64,000 bases of DNA from Casimicrobiaceae bacterium (GTDB lineage: Bacteria; Pseudomonadota; Gammaproteobacteria; Burkholderiales; Casimicrobiaceae), in NCBI GenBank assembly GCA_046714435.1, contig JBKKAZ010000221.1:7988-71987 (forward strand), in the 5' to 3' direction. The position numbers were made by a program, and so were the translations under genes. Within the stretch, counting starts at the first letter, position 1; each line of letters begins with the position of its first letter. The notes beneath the pieces were generated by a model. The model saw only the letters and a program-made list of their open reading frames with translations, was not told the DNA's origin and ran no database searches. Shown one piece after another: positions 19,038 through 28,006 of the stretch.

Positions 19038-19868
19038 GTGATAGCTGCGCCATCCGCCGTCGAGTACCAACGAGTGTTGTTGACCGGTGCGTCCGGTGGT
19101 CTCGGACGGGTCCTGCGGTCCTACCTTCGCGGTCTCGTACCGACGCTCCGCGTAAGCGATCTCGCCGCGCCCGGCGACGTCCAGGCCAGTGAGGAAAGCG
19201 TCGGTTGTGACCTCGGCGATAGCGCGGCGGTCATGAACCTGGTCTGTGGCGTCGACGCGATCGTGCATTTCGGCGGGATCTCGGTGGAAGACTATTTCGA
19301 CCGTTTCCTGCACGCCAACATCGCCGGCACGTTCAACCTCTACGAGGCCGCGCGAAAGCAGGGCGCCAAGCGCGTCGTGTACGCGAGTTCGAGCCAGGTG
19401 ACCGGCTTCTATCCGACCAGCGAGGTTGTCGACCCGACGATGCCGGTGCGTCCGTCGAGCCTCTACGCGCTCACCAAGTGCTTCGGCGAGGACCTCGCCC
19501 AGCTATTCTTCGACCGCTACGGCATCGAAACGGTGTGCCTGCGCATCGCCATGTGCTTTCCCGAGCCAAGCACGCACCGAATGCTGCGCTCGTACCTGAG
19601 CTACCACGATCTGTGCGAACTGGTGCGCTGCGCCCTCGCCGCGCGCGACGTCGGCCACAGCATCGTCTACGGCGTGTCCAACAACCGCGATCTGCTTTGG
19701 CGCAACCCGAACGCGTCACGGATCGGATGGATGCCGCGCGACAGTTCCGAGCCCTTCCGCTCGAAAGTCGAGGCCGCGCAGCCGGTCCCGGATCTCGCCG
19801 ATGTGCAGAACCGCTTCCATGGCGGCCGCTTCACCCAGGACGGCCCGTTCGAGGACCGGCCCCTGTGA
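19038..19868 (+). CDS. udh: Uronate dehydrogenase-like extended SDR (start uncertain)
   Basis: VLLTGASGGLG, DAIVHFGGISVE, YxxxK (YALTK) and LRI..CFPEP...RML..YLSY.DL, which match the Udh family. Confidence 0.65.
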   Translation: MIAAPSAVEYQRVLLTGASGGLGRVLRSYLRGLVPTLRVSDLAAPGDVQASEESVGCDLGDSAAVMNLVCGVDAIVHFGGISVEDYFDRFLHANIAGTFNLYEAARKQGAKRVVYASSSQVTGFYPTSEVVDPTMPVRPSSLYALTKCFGEDLAQLFFDRYGIETVCLRIAMCFPEPSTHRMLRSYLSYHDLCELVRCALAARDVGHSIVYGVSNNRDLLWRNPNASRIGWMPRDSSEPFRSKVEAAQPVPDLADVQNRFHGGRFTQDGPFEDRPL

Positions 19869-20056
19869 TGCCGACCGGGTCGCCTGAACTCGTCGCCGGG
19901 GCCGCGACCGCTTCACGGCGCAGCGTGGTTCCAGTGCGGCGACGCGCCCCAGGCATGGCGGGAACCGCCGAAACGCATTACGCTTCGCCGGCAGAAGGGG
20001 GAACGACCCCTCGCCACTTCCGGCCCCTGCGCCGGTCCACCTAGCAAGGAGGAGTC

Positions 20057-21055
20057 ATGCAACGTAGTCGTCGCAAGTTCGTGGGGTCGACCGCGGCTCT
20101 GGCCGCGGCCGCATCGCTGGGACCGGTGGTTCCGGCTTACGGGCAGCAGAAGTCCGTGTGGAAGGCGTCCGACGTGCACCCGCTCGGCTATCCGACGGTT
20201 GAGGCGATCGTTCGCATGGGCACGAAACTCGAGACCCAGACCAAAGGCCGGATTTCGATCCAGATGTTCCCGCTGATGCAGCTCGGCGGCGAAAAGGAGA
20301 TGATTGAGCAGGCTCAGGTGGGCGCGCTGCAGATCGCCCGCATCTCGGTAGGCGCGATGGGTCCGGTCGTCGACGATCTCAACGTGTTCAACCTGCCGTT
20401 CATCTTCCGTGACGAAGCTCAAATGCGGAAGGTGATCGACGGCCCGATCGGCACCGAACTGCTCGAGCGCGTCAATAACTCGCCGGACACGAAACTCATC
20501 GTCCTGGGTTGGATGGATGCCGGGACCCGCAACGTCTACGCCAACAAGCCGGTGACCAAGCCCGAGGATCTGAAGGGCATGAAGATCCGGATGATGGGCA
20601 ACCCCATCTTCGTCGAGACTATGAATGCGATGGGCGGCAACGGGGTCGCGATGGGATTCAACGAGTTGATGGGCGCGCTGCAGACGGGCGTCGTCGACGG
20701 TGCCGAGAACAACCCGCCGACATTGCTCGCCCAGAACCATTACACCGTCAGCAAGGTGTACAGCCTCACCGGTCACCTGATCATTCCCGAGATCTTCGTG
20801 TTCTCCAAGCGCAACTGGGACACGCTGTCGAAGGAGGATCAGGCGATGCTCAAAAAGCTCTCTCGCGAGGCGCAGTTGGAGCAGCGCGTGCTGTGGGATG
20901 CGTACGTCGGCGAGGCCACAGCCAAGCTCAAGGCGGCCGGCGTCCAGTTCGTACCGGTGGACAAGCCGGCGTTCTACAAGGCCACGCAGCCGGTGCGCGA
21001 CAAGTACGGCTCCAAGTACGTCGCGCTGCTGAAGAAGATCGAGGACACCAAGTAG
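20057..21055 (+). CDS. dctP: TRAP transporter substrate-binding protein (sugar-acid type)
   Basis: Tat-like leader, ASDVHP.GYPTVEA, QLGGEKEMIEQAQVGALQI, KIRMM and VDGAENN. RBS AAGGAGG. Confidence 0.9.
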   Translation: MQRSRRKFVGSTAALAAAASLGPVVPAYGQQKSVWKASDVHPLGYPTVEAIVRMGTKLETQTKGRISIQMFPLMQLGGEKEMIEQAQVGALQIARISVGAMGPVVDDLNVFNLPFIFRDEAQMRKVIDGPIGTELLERVNNSPDTKLIVLGWMDAGTRNVYANKPVTKPEDLKGMKIRMMGNPIFVETMNAMGGNGVAMGFNELMGALQTGVVDGAENNPPTLLAQNHYTVSKVYSLTGHLIIPEIFVFSKRNWDTLSKEDQAMLKKLSREAQLEQRVLWDAYVGEATAKLKAAGVQFVPVDKPAFYKATQPVRDKYGSKYVALLKKIEDTK

Positions 21056-21061
21056 CAGCAC

Positions 21062-21646
21062 TTGTCGAAGGCACGCGGACCGAGTGGATCGCGTGCTTTC
21101 TTTTTGCCCGGAGTGGCCTTGACCAACGCGAAGCGGCGCTACCAGCAGGCGATGGAGTGGCTGTATCTCGCCTGTGTCGTGGTCTCCGGCACGGCGCTGG
21201 TGGTAATCACGCTGATCATTCCGCTCGGCGTGTTCATGCGCTATTTCATGAACAGCGCGTTGTCGTGGCCCGAGCCGGCCTCGGTGCTCATGATGGTGAT
21301 GTTCTCGTTCCTCGGCGGGGCTGCCGTGTACCGTGCCAATGTGCACGTCGCAGTTGAGGCGTTGCTCAACGCCGTGAAGCCCGCCACGCGCGGCTTGATG
21401 CTCCGGGCTGTCGATGTGTGCATCCTCGTGACGGCGCTGTTCATGCTCTGGTACGGCGTGCAGCTCTGTCTCACGACACGGCACTCGACGATCGCCGAGT
21501 TTCCCTGGCTGTCGGTGGCGTACGCCTACCTTCCGATCCCAGTCGCGGGCCTGTTCACGCTGCTGTTCCTGATCGAGCGGGTGTGGGTCGGCAGCCCGCC
21601 GCCGACGTCGTTCATGTACACCGACCAGGCCACCGAACTGGAATAG
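21062..21646 (+). CDS. dctQ: TRAP small permease (start uncertain)
   Basis: Four TM segments, VFMRYFMN.ALSWPEP and HVAVE, located between dctP and dctM. Confidence 0.88.
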   Translation: MSKARGPSGSRAFFLPGVALTNAKRRYQQAMEWLYLACVVVSGTALVVITLIIPLGVFMRYFMNSALSWPEPASVLMMVMFSFLGGAAVYRANVHVAVEALLNAVKPATRGLMLRAVDVCILVTALFMLWYGVQLCLTTRHSTIAEFPWLSVAYAYLPIPVAGLFTLLFLIERVWVGSPPPTSFMYTDQATELE

Positions 21647-21648
21647 TC

Positions 21649-22932
21649 GTGGACACCCTCATCCTGCTCGGTTCGTTCGCCGTCCTGTGCGCGCTGGGGG
21701 TGCCGGTCGCCTACGCGCTCGGCCTCGCCGCGCTCATCGCCGCGTTCTGGGTGGACATCCCGCTCGAAGCGGTGATGCTCAAGATTTCGGACGGCACCGA
21801 CGACTTCGCGCTGCTCGCCATTCCGTTCTTCGTGCTCGCCGGCGCGATCATGGCCGAAGGCGGCATGGCTCAGCGCCTGATCAACCTCGCGCGGGTCTTC
21901 GTCGGCTTCATTCGCGGTGGGCTCGCGCTGGTGAACATCCTGGCCAGCACGTTGTTCGGCTGCATCTCGGGTTCCTCTGTCGCCGATACGGCCTCGATCG
22001 GCAGCGTGATGATCCCGCAGATGGTGAAGGCAGGATTTCCACGTGTATTCGCCACCAACGTGACCATCTGCGGATCAGTGCAGGCGCTGCTGATTCCGCC
22101 CTCGCACAACGCCGTCATCTACTCGCTCGCGGCCGGCGGCACGATCTCGGTTGCCCACCTGTTTCTCGCCGGCATCTTTCCCGGGCTGCTGTTCGGCCTG
22201 TGCCTGATCGGGCTGGTGCTGTGGATCTCGCACAAGCGCGGCTATCCGAAGGGCGAGGCGGTCGCGCTGCGCGCGGTGCCAAAGATCGTCTGGGATGCGT
22301 TGCTGGGATTGGTGACGGTCATAATCATCATGGGTGGCATCCTCTCCGGCGTGTTCACGCCGACCGAATCGGCCGCGGTGGCGTGCGTCTACGCTTTCCT
22401 GGTGACGTTCCTGGTCTACCGCGACTACAAGTGGCGCGACCTGCCGCACCTGATCCACCGCGTGGTGAAGACGGTCGCGATGGTGATGATGCTGATCGGC
22501 TTCTCGGTCGCCTTCGGCTACATGATGGCGATCATGCAGATCCCGGCCAAGATCACCGCGTTTTTCCTCGGCATCTCGGACAACAAGTACGTGTTCCTGC
22601 TGCTGGTCAACATTCTGCTGCTGGTGCTGGGGACGTTCATGGATCTGGCGCCGATGCTGCTGATCTGCACGCCGATCTTCATGCCGGTGATTCTGAAGCT
22701 CGGCATCGATCCGGTGCATTTCGGCATGATCATGATCCTGAATCTCGGCATCGGATTGATCACGCCGCCGGTGGGGCCGACGCTGTTCGTCGGCTGCGCG
22801 ATCGGCAAGGTGACGATGGAGCAGGTGTCGAAGGAGCTATGGCCCTTCTATGGCGCGATGTGCGTTGCCTTGCTGCTAGTGACCTACATTCCTGCGCTTT
22901 CGCTGTGGCTGCCGAAGGGCATCGGGTTCTGA
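21649..22932 (+). CDS. dctM: TRAP large permease
   Basis: LLAIPFFVLAGAIM, FGCISGSSVAD, LLIPPS, GVFTPTES and DPVHFGMIM..NL.IGLITPPVG. Confidence 0.94.
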   Translation: MDTLILLGSFAVLCALGVPVAYALGLAALIAAFWVDIPLEAVMLKISDGTDDFALLAIPFFVLAGAIMAEGGMAQRLINLARVFVGFIRGGLALVNILASTLFGCISGSSVADTASIGSVMIPQMVKAGFPRVFATNVTICGSVQALLIPPSHNAVIYSLAAGGTISVAHLFLAGIFPGLLFGLCLIGLVLWISHKRGYPKGEAVALRAVPKIVWDALLGLVTVIIIMGGILSGVFTPTESAAVACVYAFLVTFLVYRDYKWRDLPHLIHRVVKTVAMVMMLIGFSVAFGYMMAIMQIPAKITAFFLGISDNKYVFLLLVNILLLVLGTFMDLAPMLLICTPIFMPVILKLGIDPVHFGMIMILNLGIGLITPPVGPTLFVGCAIGKVTMEQVSKELWPFYGAMCVALLLVTYIPALSLWLPKGIGF

Positions 22933-22974
22933 CCCGCCCGTCGCGGGCATCGGGGTAGGGCGGCGCCCCTATCG

Positions 22975-25401
22975 TCAGCCGTCGGCAACGACCGGCGTCA
23001 CCACATGGCATTCGCCGGCGATGTCGACTTCGAATTTCGCGGCGCGCAGCATGGCATCGGTAAGCGGGATGTCGCTGCGGGCATAGCCCATCGCGACGGC
23101 ACGGCCCAGCTTGCGACTGTAGCCCGCCGATGTGAGTTCGCCCGCGGCGCGCCCATCCATCAGGATCGGTTCGCCGCCCCACGGGAAGGCGGCGGCATCG
23201 TCGAACGTGAAGCTCAGCAAACGTTTGCTGAGCCCCTTCGCGGCCTGCGCGCGTAGCGCCTCGCGGCCGATGAAATCCGCCGGCTTGTCCAGCCTCGCCG
23301 CGAAACCGATGCCGGCTTCGAGCGGCGTCTCGTCCGGCGACAGCTCGGCGCCCCAGGCGCGACGCCCAGCCTCGATCCGCAATGCGTCGATCGTGTAGTA
23401 CCCGGCGTCGCGCAACCCGTGGGCGGGACCCGCGTCGTGCAGCGCGTCGTAGAGTGTCAGGCACTGCTCGGCGGGGACGTAGAGCTCGAACCCGGGGCCG
23501 CCGACATAGCTCATCCGGGCCGCGCGAACCCGCGCGTAGCCAACGTCGACGTCGCGCGCCGCGGAAAACGCAATCGCCGCGCGCGAAAAGTCGTCGCGCG
23601 ACAGGCTGCCAAGCAGCGCCTCGGCCTTCGGTCCCATGACCGACAGCACCGACCACGCGCCGGTCACGTCGACGAGCGCCGCGTGCTCGTCGACTTCGAC
23701 GTGCCTCTCGATCCAGGCAAAGTCGCGTGTCGCCTGGCCCGATCCGGTGACGATGAAGAATTCACGCGGACCGAGCCGGGTGACCGTGAGATCGCTCTCG
23801 ATTCCGCCGCGCGTGTTCAGCATCGCGGTGTAGACGATCCGGCCAGGTGCGACGTCCATCTCGTTCGCGCAAAGCCGCTGCAGCACGGCGAGCGTGTCGC
23901 GGCCCTTGAGCACGAATTTCGAGAACGAAGTCTGATCGAAGACCACGACATCTTCGCGGCAGGCGCGCTGCTCGTCGAGAACATTCGGCAGCCAGCCCGG
24001 CGTGTCGAGCGTGGCGGGGGGCTCGACCTGGCGCGGCGCCAGGAAATAGTTCGCGCGCTCCCAGTTGAGCTTGGTGCCGAAGACCGCGCCTTTCGCCTTC
24101 AGGCGGTCGTAGAGCGGCGAGCGCCGCAGCGGCCGTACCGTCTGCAATTCCTCGCGTGGCCAGCGCATCGCGTAGTGCAGGCCGAGCGTCTCCACGGTGC
24201 GGTCGGCGAGGTGGTGGCGGTTCACGTGAAAGGGCGCGAAGCGACGCAGGTCGACGTCCCACAAGTCCACCGGCGCCTCACCGTCGGCGACCCATTGCGC
24301 GATCAGCTTGCCTGCGCCGCCGGAATTCGCGATCCCCGCCGAGTTGAAGCCGGCGCAGACGAAGAATCTCCGCAGCCGAGGCGCTTCGCCAAGGATGAAG
24401 TTGCCGTCGAGCGTAAAGCTTTCGGGACCGTTGAGCAGCATTTTCACCGGCGCCGTTTCGAGGCAAGGCGTGCGATGGATCGCGTTGCGCATCAGGATTT
24501 CGAACTGGTCCCAGTCCTCGGGCAGCAGCTGGAACTCGAACCGCGGCGGAATCGGATCGACGCTCCAGGGCTTGGCTTGCGGCTCGAAGCCGCCCATCAC
24601 CAGGCCGCCGACTTCTTCCTTGTAGTAGATGAAGCCGTCGGGGTCGCGGATCACCGGCAGGTCGGGCGTGACGCCTTCGATCCTGTCGGTGACGAGGTAG
24701 AAGTGCTCGGCGGACCACAGCGGCACTTCGACGCCCGCGAGCAGTCCCAGCGCGCGAGCCCATTGGCCCGCGCAATTGACGAGGGCGTCGCAAGCGATGC
24801 TGCCCGTCTCGTCTCCGCGTGCCCAGCTCACGCCGGCTACGGCGCCATCCCGGGTGTCGATCGCGGTGACGCGGACTTCCTCGAAGATCGCAGCACCTCC
24901 ATTGCGGGCGCCCTTGGCGAGTGACATCGTCAGATCGGTCGGGTTCGCCTTGCCGTCACCCGGTATCCACACCGCACCTGCGAGGTCGTCGGTTCGCAGA
25001 ATCGGGGCGATGCGTGCGGCTTCGGCGGGTGAGATGAACTCGAACTCGACGCCGAAGCTCTTCGCGCGAGCCATTTGCCGTTTCATCAGCTTCATCCGCT
25101 CGGGCGTCTTCGCGACATTGAGCGATCCGCATTGCTTCCATCCGGTGGCGAGTCCGGTTTCGCTTTCGAGCGACGCATACAGGTCGATGCCATAACGACT
25201 CATTCGTGTCGCGTTGCGCGTCGCGCGCGTCTGGCCCACCAGTCCGGCGGCGTGCCAGGTCGTGCCGCAGGTCAGTCGCCCCTGTTCGAGCAGCACGACG
25301 TCGCGGATTCCGAGCTTGGTCAGGTGGTAGGCGGTCGAGCAGCCGGCAATGCCGCCGCCGACGACGATGACCCGAGCCTGGGTAGGGAGTGAGTTATTCA
25401 T
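22975..25401 (-). CDS. GcvT-family FAD/folate-dependent N-demethylating oxidoreductase (DMGDH/SARDH-like), copy 1
   Basis: 808 aa. GGGIAG Rossmann fold, GTTWHAAGLVG (covalent-FAD His motif), GPESFTLDG, FDQTSFSK, THF-binding GcvT domain and LRIEAG.R.WG.EL. Confidence 0.88.
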   Translation of the reverse strand: MNNSLPTQARVIVVGGGIAGCSTAYHLTKLGIRDVVLLEQGRLTCGTTWHAAGLVGQTRATRNATRMSRYGIDLYASLESETGLATGWKQCGSLNVAKTPERMKLMKRQMARAKSFGVEFEFISPAEAARIAPILRTDDLAGAVWIPGDGKANPTDLTMSLAKGARNGGAAIFEEVRVTAIDTRDGAVAGVSWARGDETGSIACDALVNCAGQWARALGLLAGVEVPLWSAEHFYLVTDRIEGVTPDLPVIRDPDGFIYYKEEVGGLVMGGFEPQAKPWSVDPIPPRFEFQLLPEDWDQFEILMRNAIHRTPCLETAPVKMLLNGPESFTLDGNFILGEAPRLRRFFVCAGFNSAGIANSGGAGKLIAQWVADGEAPVDLWDVDLRRFAPFHVNRHHLADRTVETLGLHYAMRWPREELQTVRPLRRSPLYDRLKAKGAVFGTKLNWERANYFLAPRQVEPPATLDTPGWLPNVLDEQRACREDVVVFDQTSFSKFVLKGRDTLAVLQRLCANEMDVAPGRIVYTAMLNTRGGIESDLTVTRLGPREFFIVTGSGQATRDFAWIERHVEVDEHAALVDVTGAWSVLSVMGPKAEALLGSLSRDDFSRAAIAFSAARDVDVGYARVRAARMSYVGGPGFELYVPAEQCLTLYDALHDAGPAHGLRDAGYYTIDALRIEAGRRAWGAELSPDETPLEAGIGFAARLDKPADFIGREALRAQAAKGLSKRLLSFTFDDAAAFPWGGEPILMDGRAAGELTSAGYSRKLGRAVAMGYARSDIPLTDAMLRAAKFEVDIAGECHVVTPVVADG

Positions 25402-25417
25402 CGTCACATTGCAATCA

Positions 25418-26269
25418 TCATAGCCGCAGCGCCGCGACCCCGGCGGCGACACCGATCGCTCCCGCGAGCCGCCGCCAGCCGAAACTTTCCTTGAGGAACA
25501 AGGTGCCCATCAGCGCAGCGAACACGACCGACACTTCGCGCAGTGCCGCCACGATGGCGATCGGCGCGAGTGTCATCGCCCACAGCACGATCGCGTAGGC
25601 CGCGATGCTCGCTGATCCGCCCAGCAACCCGCGTCGCCAACGTGGCGCAAGGTAGGCGGCGGCCTGCCGGCCGCGTGTCCATGTCACCCACGCGATGAAC
25701 GGCAGGGCATCGAGGGCCGTCAACCAGACGGCGTACGACCATGGGTTGCCAGCAGCGCGTGCGCCCGCCCCGTCGATCAGCGTGTAGGTCGCGATGATGA
25801 GCGCGTTCGCCAGCGCCCAGCCGGCCGCGGCAAGCGTATGGCGGCCGCTCGCGAACCAGGCGATGGTGATGATGCCCGCCGAGATCAAGGCGATGCCGAG
25901 CAGGGTTTCGAGGCGCAACCGCTCGGACAGGAACACTATGCCGAGCAGCGTCACTATGAGCGGCGCGACGCCGCGCATCAGCGGATAGGCGAACGACAGG
26001 TCGCCGCGGTGGTAGGCGCCTGCCAGCGCGATGTAGTAGGCGAAGTGAACCACCATCGAGGCGAGCACGAACGGCCAGGCGGCCGCCGCCGGCAGCGGGA
26101 TGAACGGCAGCAGCGGCAGGCACACGGCGCACCCGCCGGCGATGATCAGGACGGTGTCGAGCGTCGCGTCGCCGGCCGACGACTTGAGCAGCGCGTTCCA
26201 CAGCGCGTGCAGAAAGCCCGCGCCCAGCACGGCGAGCGTGACGCCGAGGGAGATATCGACGGCCGGCAC
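25418..26269 (-). CDS. EamA/DMT transporter of the phosphonate-associated type
   Basis: AGFLHALWNALLK, AY..GDLSFAYPLMRG.AP and AALREVSVVFAAL. About 10 TM segments. Sits in the phn operon. Confidence 0.82.
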   Translation of the reverse strand: MPAVDISLGVTLAVLGAGFLHALWNALLKSSAGDATLDTVLIIAGGCAVCLPLLPFIPLPAAAAWPFVLASMVVHFAYYIALAGAYHRGDLSFAYPLMRGVAPLIVTLLGIVFLSERLRLETLLGIALISAGIITIAWFASGRHTLAAAGWALANALIIATYTLIDGAGARAAGNPWSYAVWLTALDALPFIAWVTWTRGRQAAAYLAPRWRRGLLGGSASIAAYAIVLWAMTLAPIAIVAALREVSVVFAALMGTLFLKESFGWRRLAGAIGVAAGVAALRL

Positions 26270-26284
26270 CGGCGTGGTCGGGAG

Positions 26285-28006
26285 TCAGACGCTGCGCGAC
26301 GCGCGCTTGGGAAGATCGGCGTCGGGATCCGCCTCGTCCTCGGGCGCGGCGAGCGGCGAACTCTCCAGCGGCGTCATCAGCCGCGTGTGCGCAAGCACGC
26401 CCGCCTCCTCGAGGATCGGATAGGCCACCGAACAAACGTGCGAGTTGATTCGGCGCAGATCGGAGATCAGGTCGAGATGCAGCGACGAGGTTTCAATGCT
26501 TTCGATGGTGTTGCCGGCGAGCCGGACCAGATGAGAATTGGCGTAGGCGCGTTCGAGATCACGCACCAGCACCTTCTGCGCGAGCAGTTCTTGCGCGCTC
26601 TTCAGGTCGCGGTGGAGGAACACGCTGGTCGCAAGCCGCAGATTGGCGACCAGGCGGCCGTGCAGATCCACGATCTCGCCCATGCCGGCGTCGGAGAAAT
26701 TGCGCCCCTTCTCGATCTTCTTGTCCTCGATGTCGGCGAGAATGCGCTCGATGATATCGCCGACCTGTTCGAGGTTGATGGTAAAGGACACGATGTCCGC
26801 CCAGCGGCGGCTCTCGCGCTCGTCGAGGGCGCCGCGCGGCACCTTGGTGAGGTAGAGCTTGACCGCGGTATAGATCTCGTCGACCACGTCGTCCATCTTG
26901 CGCAGGCGATGGGCGAGTGCGCGGTCATTGGTCTGCAGCACGGTCAGCATGCCACGCAGCATCTCGTCGATCACGTCGGCAATGCGAAGCGTTTCACGCG
27001 CGGCGTTGCCGATCGCCAGCGCCGGGGTCTCCAGCGCCGATGGGTCCAGGTGTCGCGGGCGCGCCTGGTTCGCGGCCGGCGGCGGCGAGGGCAGCAATCG
27101 CTCCGCGTAGGCCGCGATGCGGTTGGTAAAGCCCAGCAGGAACAGCGCCAGCACGACATTGAACGCGAGGTGGAACAGAACCACTTCGTGCGCGGGCGAG
27201 ACCTGCGCGCGCTCGACCAGCACGCCGGCGTAGCCGACCAGCGGCATGGCGATCGCGCAGCCGATCAGCTTGAACATGAAGTTGCCGAGCGTGACCCGGC
27301 GCGCCTCCGGCTCGGTGTGAAGCGTCGAGAGCATGCCGAGCAGCCCGCTGCCGAGGTTCGCGCCCAGCACCAGGCCGATCGCGACCGGCAAGCCGATCAG
27401 GTTGAGCGATGCGAAGGTTGCCACCAGCAGCACGACGGCGAGGCTCGAGTAGACGGTGATCGTCACCAGCGCGCCGACCAGCACGTCAAGCATCACGTCT
27501 CCGGTCAGCGAGGCGAACAGCACCTTCACGCCGTCGGTGCCGACGACCGGCTGCGCCGAGGTTCGAATCCATTGCAGCGCGAACAGGATGAGTCCAAGCC
27601 CGATCAAGATCCGGCCGAACTGGCCGGCAGCCGACGCCTGCCAGCGCAGGAACAGCGTGACGCCAGCGATCAGCAATACCGGCGCCAGGAAGCCGAGATC
27701 GAAGGACAGTACCAGCGTGACGATCGCGGTGCCGACATCGGCGCCGAGCATCACCGCCAGCGCGGGCGCAGTCGCAATCAGCCCCTGGCCGGCAAACGCG
27801 GCGACGATCAGCGCGGTCGCGGTACTGCTTTGCAGCAGCCCGGTCACGGCCAGGCCGGCGGCGAACGCGGAGCCGCGCTTCGACACGCTGTGCCTCAACA
27901 GCCGGCGCAGTAAGCCGCCGTACCGGCGCAGGATGCCCTTTCGCACCAGGTGCGTGCCCCAGACCAGCAGCGCGACGCCGGCGAGCAGGTCGAGCAGCAT
28001 TTTCAT
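26285..28006 (-). CDS. Na+/Pi cotransporter family protein with C-terminal PhoU-like domains (YjbB-like)
   Basis: Repeated QSSTAT / YSSLAVVL motifs, GADVGT and GANLGS, and helical PhoU repeats (LRKMDDVVD, LEQVGDIIE). ATGA overlap with pbfA. Confidence 0.88.
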   Translation of the reverse strand: MKMLLDLLAGVALLVWGTHLVRKGILRRYGGLLRRLLRHSVSKRGSAFAAGLAVTGLLQSSTATALIVAAFAGQGLIATAPALAVMLGADVGTAIVTLVLSFDLGFLAPVLLIAGVTLFLRWQASAAGQFGRILIGLGLILFALQWIRTSAQPVVGTDGVKVLFASLTGDVMLDVLVGALVTITVYSSLAVVLLVATFASLNLIGLPVAIGLVLGANLGSGLLGMLSTLHTEPEARRVTLGNFMFKLIGCAIAMPLVGYAGVLVERAQVSPAHEVVLFHLAFNVVLALFLLGFTNRIAAYAERLLPSPPPAANQARPRHLDPSALETPALAIGNAARETLRIADVIDEMLRGMLTVLQTNDRALAHRLRKMDDVVDEIYTAVKLYLTKVPRGALDERESRRWADIVSFTINLEQVGDIIERILADIEDKKIEKGRNFSDAGMGEIVDLHGRLVANLRLATSVFLHRDLKSAQELLAQKVLVRDLERAYANSHLVRLAGNTIESIETSSLHLDLISDLRRINSHVCSVAYPILEEAGVLAHTRLMTPLESSPLAAPEDEADPDADLPKRASRSV

